From NCBI GenBank assembly GCA_951406725.2, contig OX597822.1:108934001-108998000 (forward strand): a DNA stretch of 64,000 nucleotides, given 5' to 3'. The translations under genes and the position numbers were made by a program. Shown one piece after another: positions 12,700-23,770 of the stretch. Below the pieces are notes generated by a model that ran no database searches, was not told where the DNA came from, and saw nothing but the letters and a program-made list of their open reading frames with translations. Within the stretch, counting starts at the first letter, position 1. Each line of letters begins with the position of its first letter. This DNA is from Octopus vulgaris. Lineage: Eukaryota.

Positions 12700-14390
12700 G
12701 AGCATTTTTACTTGAGAATTCTTCTTGTGAATTCTAGTGGGCGTATCTCGCCAGAAAAATAAGAATAAGCCATTTGGATTACCCGTTTGGATTACCTTTT
12801 GGATTACCTTTTTGGAGTATTATACAAAGGATTCCCTGTCTGTGCTATTTGTGAGGTTTTTCTTTTACTTTTCCCGTCTCCTATTTTTCCTTCTTTTAAA
12901 TTTTGGTTCATTCTTTTCATTACTTTAATTTCAGTTTCCTCCCCTCCTCTTTTATTTTGTTTCATTTTTATTCGACTTAATTTTTTTGGCAGACTGTCTT
13001 TTGAACTGTTTTTTGACATTGCAGAGAAGGAACTTAAAAAGAAAACCTCTGTCTTAGAGTGGGAAATTAACCCTTCTAAGCAGTGGTTAAAAGATATGGA
13101 GGAGAAGACGATGGTACTTAGAACGTATTCTAAAGTTCTTAATTCCATCACCGTCTTCCCAAAGCAAATCATAAAAAATGAACTTAAAGAACATTTGTCC
13201 TCTGTAAAATATATATCCCGTGGTGTCAAACATGCAACCGTATGGTTGCTGTTTGACAACGGGGAAAAGGCTCGCCAGTTTGCGAGTAAGCCTTTAGAAG
13301 GCAAGGACATTTTGTTAGTCCCCCTCATATTGTGGAAGAAAATTAATACTAGCCTGGGTATGTGGGCTTCCCCGGGCACCGAAGCGGATTGGATTGAAGA
13401 TACCATCCGAACGTGACTGGGGGATGGCGGGCCCAGGCTCTTTAATGTAAGGATATTGCCGGCGGTCGATTGGGAAGGGTCAAAAGCGATTTTGATCCTG
13501 TGAACACCATCGGCTGCAACAGAACTGTTTTTTCCAGATTTTTCGAAAATGGTTGGCTGCAGGTATCCAGTGATACTAGAGGGACGTCCCCCAAAGTGTC
13601 ACTCGTTCCTGCAGCCAGGCCACATTAAAAGGAACTGCTCCCAGGACCATGGTAAGGTCTTGGAGCAGTCACCAGATGCCACCTTCCCTACCCGGTCAAA
13701 GAGAGAGGTGAATGTGGTCGAGGAGGCTTCGGGAGGCGGGGGAGAGTCTCCGGACAAAGCGGAAGTACTCCACTCTCCCGAAGCCAGGAAGAAAAGAAAA
13801 AAAGAAAGAAGAAGAACAGGTGTATCTCAGCAGGGAGATGATGTGTCGACTGAATGCTCCGAAGTTGTGCCACCCACGGTGGAAGAAACCACCCCCACCC
13901 TTAAAGGTGATCAATTGATTATCTTTTTCTACATGGGCGGGGAGGTGGAAAATAGTAGAAGAACATAAAGCAACAGGATCCCTTCATGCGGGATCCCGAA
14001 TGGCCTCCGCTGATAGCTGTGGAGGTCATAACGTTTCTCTTGTGGGAAAGGCTTAAAGGATTTGGGGAGGAGTGTCGCATATGGCCGGGTGGCCCTTACA
14101 CGACTTACATGTCCTACATGAGTGAAGCATGGGAAATGGCGGGATACAGGAACTCAAGCGGCATTGAATATAATGATGAATATATCGATGGATATATCGA
14201 AGAGTAGGCGGTGAAAGACCCTCGTTACAGAGTTTGAAACCTCACCTTATTGGACTATTTTGTAGTGGTTTATAACCTCAATTTTGTGTTTTAAGAAAGA
14301 AAAAAGAAAATATGGCAAGTAAGAGGTTTTAGTGCCTCCTCCTTGTAAAAGGTTTGAAACCTTATATTGATTTTTAAAAATAAAAAAAAA
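12700..14390 (+). mobile_element. ORF1-only (gag-like, CCHC zinc knuckle) non-LTR retroelement remnant, Tx1/L1-like
   Basis: Frame-shifted ORFs 12787-13416, 13549-13968 and 13986-14207. PVILEGRPPKCHSFLQPGHIKRNC is a CX2CX4HX4C knuckle with one Cys>Phe change. It ends in AATAAA plus an A-rich tract at ~14378-14395, with no ORF2/RT in between. Confidence 0.65.
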
Positions 14391-14675
14391 GAAAATATGT
14401 TATCGAGAAAAATCCAATCGGCGGGTATTGGGTTTCGTCTCTCATCTATTCATTATAATTCATTTTCATTCATTAATGTGTTTGTCCAGCCCGCAAAGCT
14501 CTTTGTACTGTCTATATGACAAATTTATGAAATAAAGTAGCTTGCTTACCAACCACATGGTTCCGCGTTCAGTCTCACTGCGTGGCATCTTGGGAAAGTG
14601 TCTTCTACTATAGCCTCGGGCCGACCAAAGCCTTTTGAGTGGATTTGGTAGACTGAAACTGAAAGAAGCCCGTCG

Positions 14676-14725
<50 letters not shown>

Positions 14726-16221
14726 TATATGTTTGTGTGTCTGTGTTTTTCCCCCTAGCATTGCTTGACAACCGATGCTAGTGTGTTTATGTCCCTGTCA
14801 CTTAGCGGTTCGGCAAAAGAGACCGATAGAATAAGTACTGGGCTCACAAATAATAAGTCCCGGGGTCTAGTTGCTCGATTAAAGGCGGTGCTCCAGCATG
14901 GCCGCAGTCAAATGACTGAAACAAGTAAAAGAGTGAAAGAGTAAAAGAGTAAGAGTCAATAAGTTTTAAGATGAGCAGTGGGGGTGGGGGCTAAATGGCT
15001 TGGACAACGAACGTGCTGGTTTATGATAAAATTTCAAACCAATATTTATTGAGATTATGCCGTAAGAATGTCCAACAGTCAAATGTATAATGTATAACCT
15101 AGTTACCGTTAGAAAATTAATATTTCAACTTTAGATTTTGGATTGTACGTAATATGTCTCTAGAGAATACATTTCATAACAATATTGCTGTTTACCCAAT
15201 AGTATTTATATATTAATGCAAAACATTTACGTAAACAACCAGAATCACAAGTTATCCAAAATTCAATTTTATTCAGTGTTAATAAATTATACCTAATTTT
15301 GATTTCAAATATATATTTCTTTATATTTGTTATTACCAACGAAGTCCTTTGCAGAAAATGCAATACTTCTGAGAGCATAGCAGTTACAGCTCCACCAGAT
15401 CATTTGCAGCTCGACTGTTGCTGGGAAATATTTAAAGAATTTCCTGTAGGTTAACTTTTTTATGAGGAAACCAAAAGATTATTAGTTAGTGTTGTGCATG
15501 TGAGAGACATAAATTATAAAGAATACGAAAGCAGGAAATTCGTGTCTATCATATATGAGAGCATAAGTGCCACATGATAGGAAACAAGACGAAAATATCA
15601 TAGAATCTGCACGGAAGCGAATTGGTACTCATAAGAGCGTCGCGCAAAATCTTCTCAGTATTTTTATCCCACTTATTGAGTTAAGTTCCTGCCGAGAACA
15701 GGTTTGCTCTTTATTCTTCAAGGAACGATATAATAAGTAGTAATCCCAGATGGTGTATTGCTAGAACTGTAAGGAAGTCGTATTGAATGCCCATTGTTCA
15801 AATTCAGAGTTAACATTCTTGTGGTAATAAAGATAACATATAACACATTCACGAGCGCGCGAACACTTACATATTGTTCAAATCAGAGTTAATTACTATG
15901 GACACTTCAACGTTAGGAGTGCCATAATGTTAATGGTGTTTCGTTCAGTGAATCCATAGTAATTCTTCTTTTCAGCTTTACTAGATTGTGTAGTGTTAAA
16001 CACCAATTGTATTGGTCGAAAAATACAAATCAAAAGCTGTTCGTTTTGTCACGCCATCAATGTAACTTACGATGTTACAGGGTTGAATCTATTGATACCG
16101 ACTGAGGGAGAAAATAGTGCAGTGCTGTGCAGGACATTATTAGTGAGGCAAGTCTGGTGAGGTGGTGCGTTAATGATTTGTTAAATTTAAAAAAATTGTA
16201 TAGTCTTCATTCTCACTATAT

Positions 16222-16620
16222 ATAGAGAACCATGAATATAAAACGAAGAAAGAGAGGGCAAATTTCAAAGTGTTCTTAATCACTCAATATACTTCATAGC
16301 TTCAACATACTTCACAGTATACCTAGGTGCACTCATATATATATGATATAATACAAAAATATATAGATAATTAAATATATAAGTACATACAAATCATAAA
16401 TGTACTTGCATGAGATCTTATGATGCTGTATGTCCGTATTAGAAATCAATGGGGATATTAAAAGATGCACATGGTGAATGTAAAGCAGAAATCGAAATAG
16501 ATGAAATAGTGGTATAAGATTATTATAAGAAGAATCTTCTGACCACCATTTCGAGAATATGCAGATTGAGATGGACGAACTATTTCCAATAATAACGGTC
16601 ATCCACATTTACACATATTT

Positions 16621-16650
<30 letters not shown>
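16222..16650 (+). repeat. Left arm of a ~420-bp inverted repeat (partner 22990-23409)
   Basis: For example, tcttctgaccaccatttcgagaatatgcagattgagatggacgaactatttccaataataacggtcatccacat is the exact reverse complement of ~23023-23093. The rest of the arm has scattered substitutions. Confidence 0.95.
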
Positions 16651-16660
<10 letters not shown>

Positions 16661-16671
16661 CTCCATCGTCA

Positions 16672-18650
16672 GAACAGAGATCTACTACTAAAAAAACCGG
16701 CACACGCCAATATTTAGATTTCTACTCCTGCCACCCATCCCACATAAAAAGGAACATTTCATAGAGTATGGCAAGACGCATATGCAGCATAGTGACTCAC
16801 TCACAAACTCGCCAAATAAGACTAAATGAAATTACAAACTTCCTACTCACTCAAATTGATAAAGAACGGAATCTCAAGAACAATGAAACTGGACATCACA
16901 CATCTCAGAACTCCAAAAACGAAAAACAAATAAAACATCATCTATTTCATAAACACACACAACCATGGAGTTACCAATATGTTTCAAATCATACATTCAA
17001 ACTTACCTATGGTCCTACAAAGCCCCGAAATAGGAAACCTATTAAACAAATATTGCATAAAATACAGTAAACGCCAAGACAAAAATCTGAGGAAACAACT
17101 AACAAGAGCGAAATTCTCATCAGAGACTAAAACAGAATTCTTTGTAAAAGTGTGCGGAGATGGTAGGTGTGGGATCTGCAGTAACCCCATCTACAAATAT
17201 ATAGAGGGAAACAACCAAATAAAATTTAAGAGTGGTCACAAATTCAAAATAACTGCAGACATGAATTTCAAGACGCAGAACTAATATAATGTATAACGTG
17301 CCCCACATTCAAGGAGAATTATATAGGCGAGACTGGAAATTCTTTATACCAAAGAGCCAGAATTCACCGACAATATGTTGGGCAGGAGGGACTGCGAAAG
17401 ATACCACTGAGTAAACACTTGGATACATGAGGAGAAGGGAAATTTAAGATCTTTCCCTTCTATAAATGTTCATGGAATTACACCTTCTTCAAGAGAAATA
17501 TGAAAAAATACTTCATAGCAAAGTTCTCCCCCAATATTTCTGTAATGATTTGTACTGGATGAAGGAGCAATTTTGTAAAGTAAATTTCATTAAACACACT
17601 GACAGACAGACACACACACACACAAGCGCGCGCGCCGGCGCGCACAGTACTATACATAAGTACATATGCATAAATAGAAATAATCTTACATCTAGATTCT
17701 CCAACCCATACCAGCACGGGAATTAAACATTAAATTGAAAGAACTGAACAGTGGTATAGATGTCAACAAAAATTTTCTCCTACCCCTCTTCCTTCTTTAT
17801 TTCCTTCTCTTTTCCATTGACATCCTTTCAGATACACAGACACCCACAACACACACACGCACACGTAAGTACACACACAAAAAACAAACAAACACACTCT
17901 CTCTCACTGGACAATGACGGAAAGAAATCCACACAAATTTTTTTGAAAAACAAGAGACCCCTTGGAGTAGCCACCTGCTTTTACCATTTTTAAATGACAA
18001 GAATCACTTTCTATTTAAAGAACTGGCCAGCTGCAAAGATTTAAACATATTTTTTCCTTCTCTCTTCCTTCTTTCTATTCTTCTCTTTTCCATTGACACT
18101 CCATTTAGATACACAGGCACCCACATACACATGCACACACACACACACACACTCTATCTCTCTCTCACAAGACAATGATAAAAAGAAATCCAGACAATGT
18201 TTTGAAATATAACATTTACCCTCTTGGAGTAGCCACCTGGTTTTGCCATTTCTAAAAACATAGAATCACTTTCTATTGAAAGAACTGACCAGCTGTATAA
18301 AAGTAAGCGCATTTTTTCTACTTTCTCTCTTCTTTATTTCTTTCCTTCTGTTTTCCATTGACACATACGCACACACGCACACACACAAGCACTCTCTCAC
18401 TTTGTTCCCATTCCTCATCTTCTTTTATTATACTATATCCCTCTCCACCCCTACACACTCAATAATATCATAAAAAGAAAGAAATCTCCTGAAAAAGTTC
18501 AATCTGAAGAATCCACTTGAGTGGATGCAAGCGCAAATATATGATTTATAAAATTATGTGACATATTAATAAATACCTGTAAATATAAAACCGTCCAGAT
18601 TTCTGTATAACTTATTTCTTATAATATATATTACCTCTAAATTATCTCCA
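16672..18650 (+). mobile_element. Decayed, 5'-truncated Penelope-like element (RT thumb, Cys linker, GIY-YIG, long 3' UTR)
   Basis: KTGTRQYLDFYSCHPSHIKRNI..SMARRICSIV, KNLRKQLTRAKF, CGDGRCGIC, YIGETG and RARIHRQ...IPLSKHLD are all paralogous to the intact ORF at 19848. It has many stops and frameshifts, and a degenerate HHR (CTGAAGA-atccac/gtggat-GCAA) at 18504-18530. Confidence 0.88.
17735..18400 (+). repeat. ~270-bp tandem repeat (about 2.5 copies) in the PLE 3' UTR
   Basis: Units start ttgaaagaactg (17735), ttaaagaactgg (~18015) and ttgaaagaactga (18276). Each has ttttccattgacac/at plus (CA)n, and the first two share ttggagtagccacctg. Confidence 0.8.
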
Positions 18651-18659
18651 AACATTCTA

Positions 18660-18702
<43 letters not shown>

Positions 18703-18854
18703 TAAGTAGTTGAATGAATTATCCTAGTATGGATAATTCGGTTAACCGATACCCGGGTAGCAAATTTACGTCAGAAAGCACGGTTGAATCTACATGCCAA
18801 GGGCAGAAATCACGTGCTTTCGTGTGGAAATTTGTGTTGTTTTACTATAGATAA

Positions 18855-19016
18855 ATGAAAGAATGGATTCGAACGACGATTTAACAAAATTCCTTTATTC
18901 TCGACACATGTTTCGAGACTGCATATTCTTAATTCCAAAGGAATTAAGAATATGCAGTCTTCGAAACATGTGTCGAGAATAAAGCAATTTTGTTAAATAG
19001 TCGTTCGACTCCATTC

Positions 19017-19022
<6 letters not shown>
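18855..19022. repeat. 168-bp near-perfect palindrome (fold-back of PLE terminal sequence)
   Basis: Arms of ~82 bp around an aaa loop at 18937-18939, with 3 mismatches and a 1-nt indel by eye. Each arm carries GAAA-catgtg-TC followed by AATAAA. Confidence 0.95.
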
Positions 19023-19093
<71 letters not shown>

Positions 19094-19096
19094 TAT

Positions 19097-19330
19097 TGTT
19101 TCTTCAGAATGAGATAAAAAACCAAGACTGTGAAGATTTCAGAACATCTATAAATAGAAGGTCTTACAGCTGTTTCCAGGGTATTTATCATATCATTTTA
19201 TCGGGGACGGTGGGAGAAAATGGTTAAGCGATAGTTAATTTAGATAAGATACGAAATAGAGAGTGAAATGGATGAATGAAATTAGATGTGAGACATGCAG
19301 AGGTATTGCATTTATTTCATTCTCAAATTG
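19097..19330 (-). mobile_element. Solo PLE terminal remnant with degenerate hammerhead
   Basis: Minus strand reads gtcc-CCGATAA...GAAA-cagctg-TA-agac, the same cagctg-stem family as 7920-7997. It is flanked by (TA)n. Confidence 0.45.
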
Positions 19331-19502
19331 TTTTTTTTTTATTTATATATACATACGCTGATGTATAACCTACGTTGGACTCCTTATTCGCATAATTTCC
19401 GAACTTGGAGTAAAACTATGGTCTATCCATAGCACTTACTTAGTATTACCTGACACCTTTGGGTCTTACTGACACCAATACATCTCATAAACTATATCTC
19501 TC

Positions 19503-19536
<34 letters not shown>

Positions 19537-19847
19537 AAATATATATATATATAGATCTTGACAATGATGAAATCCAACTTCTGTCAAAAGGACTGAAATT
19601 CACACCTACACCAACAGCCAACCACCAAGAATTAAAGGAGGATATCCAAAAATTCTGTCGAAAATTACGACTTGTAGAATTCTTCGCTAACAAAAGTAAT
19701 GAGATTGATGAATCCCTAGTAAGGAATAAATCAAATTTCACCCCACCAAAAGGAAGAAATAACTACCTTGACCAATATATTGATATCCTGTCTAAATTTC
19801 CCCTTAGACGCAATACCAATGTTAGGCCAAACATTAGCAAATCAGAG

Positions 19848-21758
19848 ATGTCTGCATGTAAACGTATACAAAACGATCAAACAATAATAATTAAACAAGC
19901 AGATAAAGGTGATGCAATTGTTATTATGGATACCGAATACTATAAGGATTTGGTTGAAGACCAACTGAAGGATACAACCTTCTATTGTGAAATACCCGCA
20001 AATATAGACCACCACATCATGAAAAAGATCAACAACCTGATTTCAACACACCACAACTCACTTACGGATAATGAAAAAGACTACATCACCAATTTTGAAC
20101 CAAAACCCAGCAACTTCTACGGCTTACCAAAAATACACAAATCAAAAAACATTCAACAGGCAGTAAAAGAACAAGAAAGTGAGTACATAAAATTATTACA
20201 TCCAAAAGACCTAAAACTTAGACCTATTATAGCTGGTCCAGCATGCCCTACACACCGTCTAAGCAATTTTATTGACATTGTTTTGAAACCACTATGTACT
20301 TACATACCAAGTTTCATCAGGGATGACATCGACTTCCTGTCCCATCTTCCCAAAACAACAGAAACAAATTCAGTTTTGCTAAGTTTTGATGTGGTAAGCC
20401 TCTACACCAATATTCCACACGATTTAGGAATAAAGGCGATTAAATACTGGTTAGAAAAACATAGAGAAGTGATTCCCAGCAGATTCACAGTGCCATTTAT
20501 ATTAGACACAGTCAAACTTATTCTAGAAAATAACACATTCTTCTTCAATGGAAAGAATTACATCCAAATTAGAGGCACGGCGATGGGAACGAGGTTTGCT
20601 CCCGTTTACGCCAACTCTGTAATGGGATACTTAGAAGAACAACTCTACCAAGAGGTGGAGGTAAACTATGGCACTGGATTTAGAAAGTATATTGAAAAGG
20701 CATGGAAGAGATACCTAGACGACTGTTTCATAATCTGGACAGAATCTCTAAATACTCTGGAAGAGTTCAATATCCTCCTGAACAAACTGCACCCATCTCT
20801 CAAATTTACAAAGGAGATGAGTAGTACCAAATTACCATTCCTGGATATAATGGTAATTAAAAAAGACACCACCATCACCACAGATATATACTATAAACAC
20901 ACAGACACACATCAATACCTAAATTTTAAGTCGTGCCATCCACCACATACAAAACGTAACATCCCATACTGCCTAGCCAGAAGAATTTGTACTATTGTAG
21001 AAGATGCAAATATCAGGAACAAACGCCTAATAGAACTAAGAGAATTTTTGCTCAAACAAAAATACCCATCTCTACTTATAGAAAATGGCATACAGCGGGC
21101 TATAAAAATACCTATACAACAACTTAGGACAACCCAAGGAAGAGGAAAACAAGAACAAGTCATACCATTCATAGTGACACACAACCCATGTCACCAGAAT
21201 ATCTTCAACATTGCCAAAGCAAACCTACCAATCATTGCCCAAAGTAATGAATTAAAAGACATAATCAAGGATCGAGCTATGGTGCTTAGTAAAAGACAGC
21301 CTAAAAACTTGAAAACATTACTAACAAAGGCAAAATTTGACCTCAGCAACAAAGACCAAACATTCACGGTATCTAAATGCAATGATAGCCGATGTGGCAC
21401 ATGCCAATTCATACATACCGGTCAATATATAAACACAAAAACCGGGAAGATATTCACAAACGCGAATATGAACTGCAAAAGCAGAAATTTAATTTACTGC
21501 ATCAAATGCCCAAATTGTGAAGAAATATATGTAGGTCAGACGGGAAACGCACTATTAGAACGCTCACGTGTACACCGGCAACAGATTAGAGACCCAGAGG
21601 TCCGTCAGATACCTTTGAGTAACCACCTAGCAACATGTGGTCGGAAAATATATATAATATTTCCATTCTACAAATTACACAGCCCAAGTGAAATCGAGAG
21701 GAAAATCAGAGAAAAGAATTTTATTGATAAATTCGAACCCAAGCTAAATAAGCAATAA
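19848..21758 (+). CDS. PLE polyprotein: reverse transcriptase plus C-terminal GIY-YIG endonuclease (636 aa from this Met; frame open from ~19551)
   Basis: ADKG motif, FYGLPKIHK, RPII, SFDVVSLYTNIP, GTAMG..AP, RYLDD, PFLD, YYK.T, Cys linker CNDSRCGTC, and GIY-YIG LIYCIKCPNCEEIYVGQT..R..H. The upstream in-frame LSKGLKFTPTP (PLE N-terminal motif) shows that the true start was lost by truncation. Confidence 0.96.
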   Translation: MSACKRIQNDQTIIIKQADKGDAIVIMDTEYYKDLVEDQLKDTTFYCEIPANIDHHIMKKINNLISTHHNSLTDNEKDYITNFEPKPSNFYGLPKIHKSKNIQQAVKEQESEYIKLLHPKDLKLRPIIAGPACPTHRLSNFIDIVLKPLCTYIPSFIRDDIDFLSHLPKTTETNSVLLSFDVVSLYTNIPHDLGIKAIKYWLEKHREVIPSRFTVPFILDTVKLILENNTFFFNGKNYIQIRGTAMGTRFAPVYANSVMGYLEEQLYQEVEVNYGTGFRKYIEKAWKRYLDDCFIIWTESLNTLEEFNILLNKLHPSLKFTKEMSSTKLPFLDIMVIKKDTTITTDIYYKHTDTHQYLNFKSCHPPHTKRNIPYCLARRICTIVEDANIRNKRLIELREFLLKQKYPSLLIENGIQRAIKIPIQQLRTTQGRGKQEQVIPFIVTHNPCHQNIFNIAKANLPIIAQSNELKDIIKDRAMVLSKRQPKNLKTLLTKAKFDLSNKDQTFTVSKCNDSRCGTCQFIHTGQYINTKTGKIFTNANMNCKSRNLIYCIKCPNCEEIYVGQTGNALLERSRVHRQQIRDPEVRQIPLSNHLATCGRKIYIIFPFYKLHSPSEIERKIREKNFIDKFEPKLNKQ

Positions 21759-22252
21759 TAATAATACTTAGAGGTATTACTTCCACTGCTACGACCATGA
21801 CCACTAACAACAACAACAATACTAAAGGTGATCAAGACGAAGATAGCAGGAAAATTATCTTATTTAGGGTTAAAAGTTCTATTGCCACCACCATCACCAC
21901 TAGCAACAATAATTAAGGTGCTGACAATGATGATGATGACAATTGAAATATAAAAATATAAAAATCTCTGACAAAGGATATTTACAACATTTCTAAAAAT
22001 AACCCAACAATTGCTGCTTCGGCCAGGGTCAAGATACAGGACTCTTGACCTGTCCAACAAAGCGTGATGCCTAAACCAATCAGCTCAACCAACCAATCAG
22101 CTTAAGTAATTGAGTGATACTACACACTGATTGGTCAGAATACAGTTTGCAAAACCTAGCACTCTGGAGCCTACCCAGCTGTATTTATAGCACAGAATCA
22201 CTCATCTTGCTACAGTCAAAAATTGTGAAGCATGACTGTCAACACTACTACA

Positions 22253-22297
22253 TGAACCCGAAGATTGCAGAATTCAATGCATGAAAGTACTAGTTCA
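22253..22297 (+). ncRNA. Minimal type I hammerhead ribozyme motif (CCGAAGA variant) of the PLE
   Basis: tgaac-CCGAAGA-t(tgca gaattcaa tgca)t-GAAA-gtac-TA-gttca. Stem I is tgaac/gttca, stem II is tgca/tgca, stem III is the palindrome agtact, and the cleavage triplet is CUA. Confidence 0.8.
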
Positions 22298-22425
22298 ATC
22301 AGAATGAATATTTAACATTCTACTATTTCATTTTATTTTATTCAATTATAATATATTATCTTATAATATATCATTATAAGATTGTAAATAAAACGTGAAA
22401 ATCAGACAAGGTTGGAATTCTTTTA

Positions 22426-22464
<39 letters not shown>

Positions 22465-22775
22465 CAGTATGTAAAATAAGCACTCATTATATAGTGAATG
22501 TATAAGTGGCCGAAAATTATTCCCCGCCCGGAGCTATGGCCCACAATATTATACTAGTCCGCTCATATATCTTAGTGATAAAGTTCACCGATCTCCTAGA
22601 TACCACTGAGAATGTACCAAGTTAACTGTTTATACGTATTCCAAGTTCACTTTAGTATTTCGACCCTGTTAATAGGCGTAATGTTATCGTCTATTACAAT
22701 TGCCTAGAGAAAATTCACTTCCAGAATTAACCGATATAGCCGAAGATGTTATGCGATTTATGCAGGCATATAGGC

Positions 22776-22842
<67 letters not shown>

Positions 22843-22989
22843 AATATATATATAAATATATATAAATATATATTATATATATATTTATTTTTATATACAT
22901 ATATATATATATGTGTGTGTATGTATGTGTGTGTGAATCTATGAATGTATACATGCATGCATATATATATATGTATTCATATATCTGTG

Positions 22990-23409
22990 TGTGTGTGTGT
23001 GTGTGTGTGTAAATATGTGTTAATGTGGATGACCGTTATTATTGGAAATAGTTCGTCCATCTCAATCTGCATATTCTCGAAATGGTGGTCAGAAGATTCT
23101 TCTTAAAATAATCTTATACCACTATTTCATCTATTTCGATTTCTGCTTTACATTCACCATTTGCATCTTTCAATATCCTCATTGATTTCTAATACGGACA
23201 TACAGCATCATAAGATCTCATGCAAGTACATTTATGATTCGTACGTACTTATATATTTAATTATCTATATATTTTTATATTATATCACATATATATGAGT
23301 GCACCTATGTATCCTGTGAAGTATCCTGAAGCTGTGAAGTATATTGAGTGATTAGGAACACTTTGAAATTTGCCTTCTCTTTCTTCGTTTTATATTCATG
23401 TTTCTCTAT
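22990..23409 (-). repeat. Right arm of the ~420-bp inverted repeat (partner 16222-16650)
   Basis: Reverse complement of 16222-16650, including the inner (CA)/(TG) tract. Confidence 0.95.
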
Positions 23410-23473
23410 TAAAACGCTAATTAACTGTGCCGTATACCCTGGATAAGGGGATAATTATCTTACCTTTTTTCAT

Positions 23474-23537
<64 letters not shown>

Positions 23538-23597
23538 CATATATGTATGTATGTATGTATATGTAAGTATATGTATATGTCTGTGTGTATGTATATA

Positions 23598-23770
23598 TCT
23601 ATTATATAAAATCCGTTCTGTCTGTCAGTCTGTATGTCTTGTAGGATCTCGGGCATCTTGCATCCGATTGCGCTCAAATTTGATATGTAGATACCAACGG
23701 TATTAGGGCGTGTATAAAAATTTAAAAAAATACAAGAATCGATTTCAGGTGAGAATGCGATTGATAAAGC
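23598..23770 (+). mobile_element. Non-autonomous Helitron/Helentron-like 5' fragment
   Basis: Starts TCTATTATATAAAA, then (CTGT)n and ..ccgattgcgctcaaatttg.., the same architecture as 56163. The 3' end was not found. Confidence 0.5.

Larger units (their letters stand above)
12176..14950 (+). mobile_element. OK-like SINE split by a 2.3-kb insertion (head 12176-12213; body and tail 14535-14950)
   Basis: The head ggcgcatgagtggctgtgtggtaagtagattgcttacc resumes at 14535 as aagtagcttgcttaccaaccacatggttcc. The tail ends ...ggccgcagtcaaatgactgaaacaagtaaaagagt repeats. There is a 16-bp duplication at the break. Confidence 0.8.
19553..22430 (+). mobile_element. Near-intact Penelope-like retroelement (Neptune-like), 5'-truncated, inserted in (TA)n
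   Basis: Single long ORF with RT and GIY-YIG, a 3' UTR with a hammerhead motif, and (TA)n on both sides. Confidence 0.95.

Noticed and set aside
20666-21412. Antisense ORFs within the PLE (also 12804-13406, 60215-60463, 61622-61870)
   Set aside because: They are shadows of the sense-strand transposon frames, with no independent motifs.
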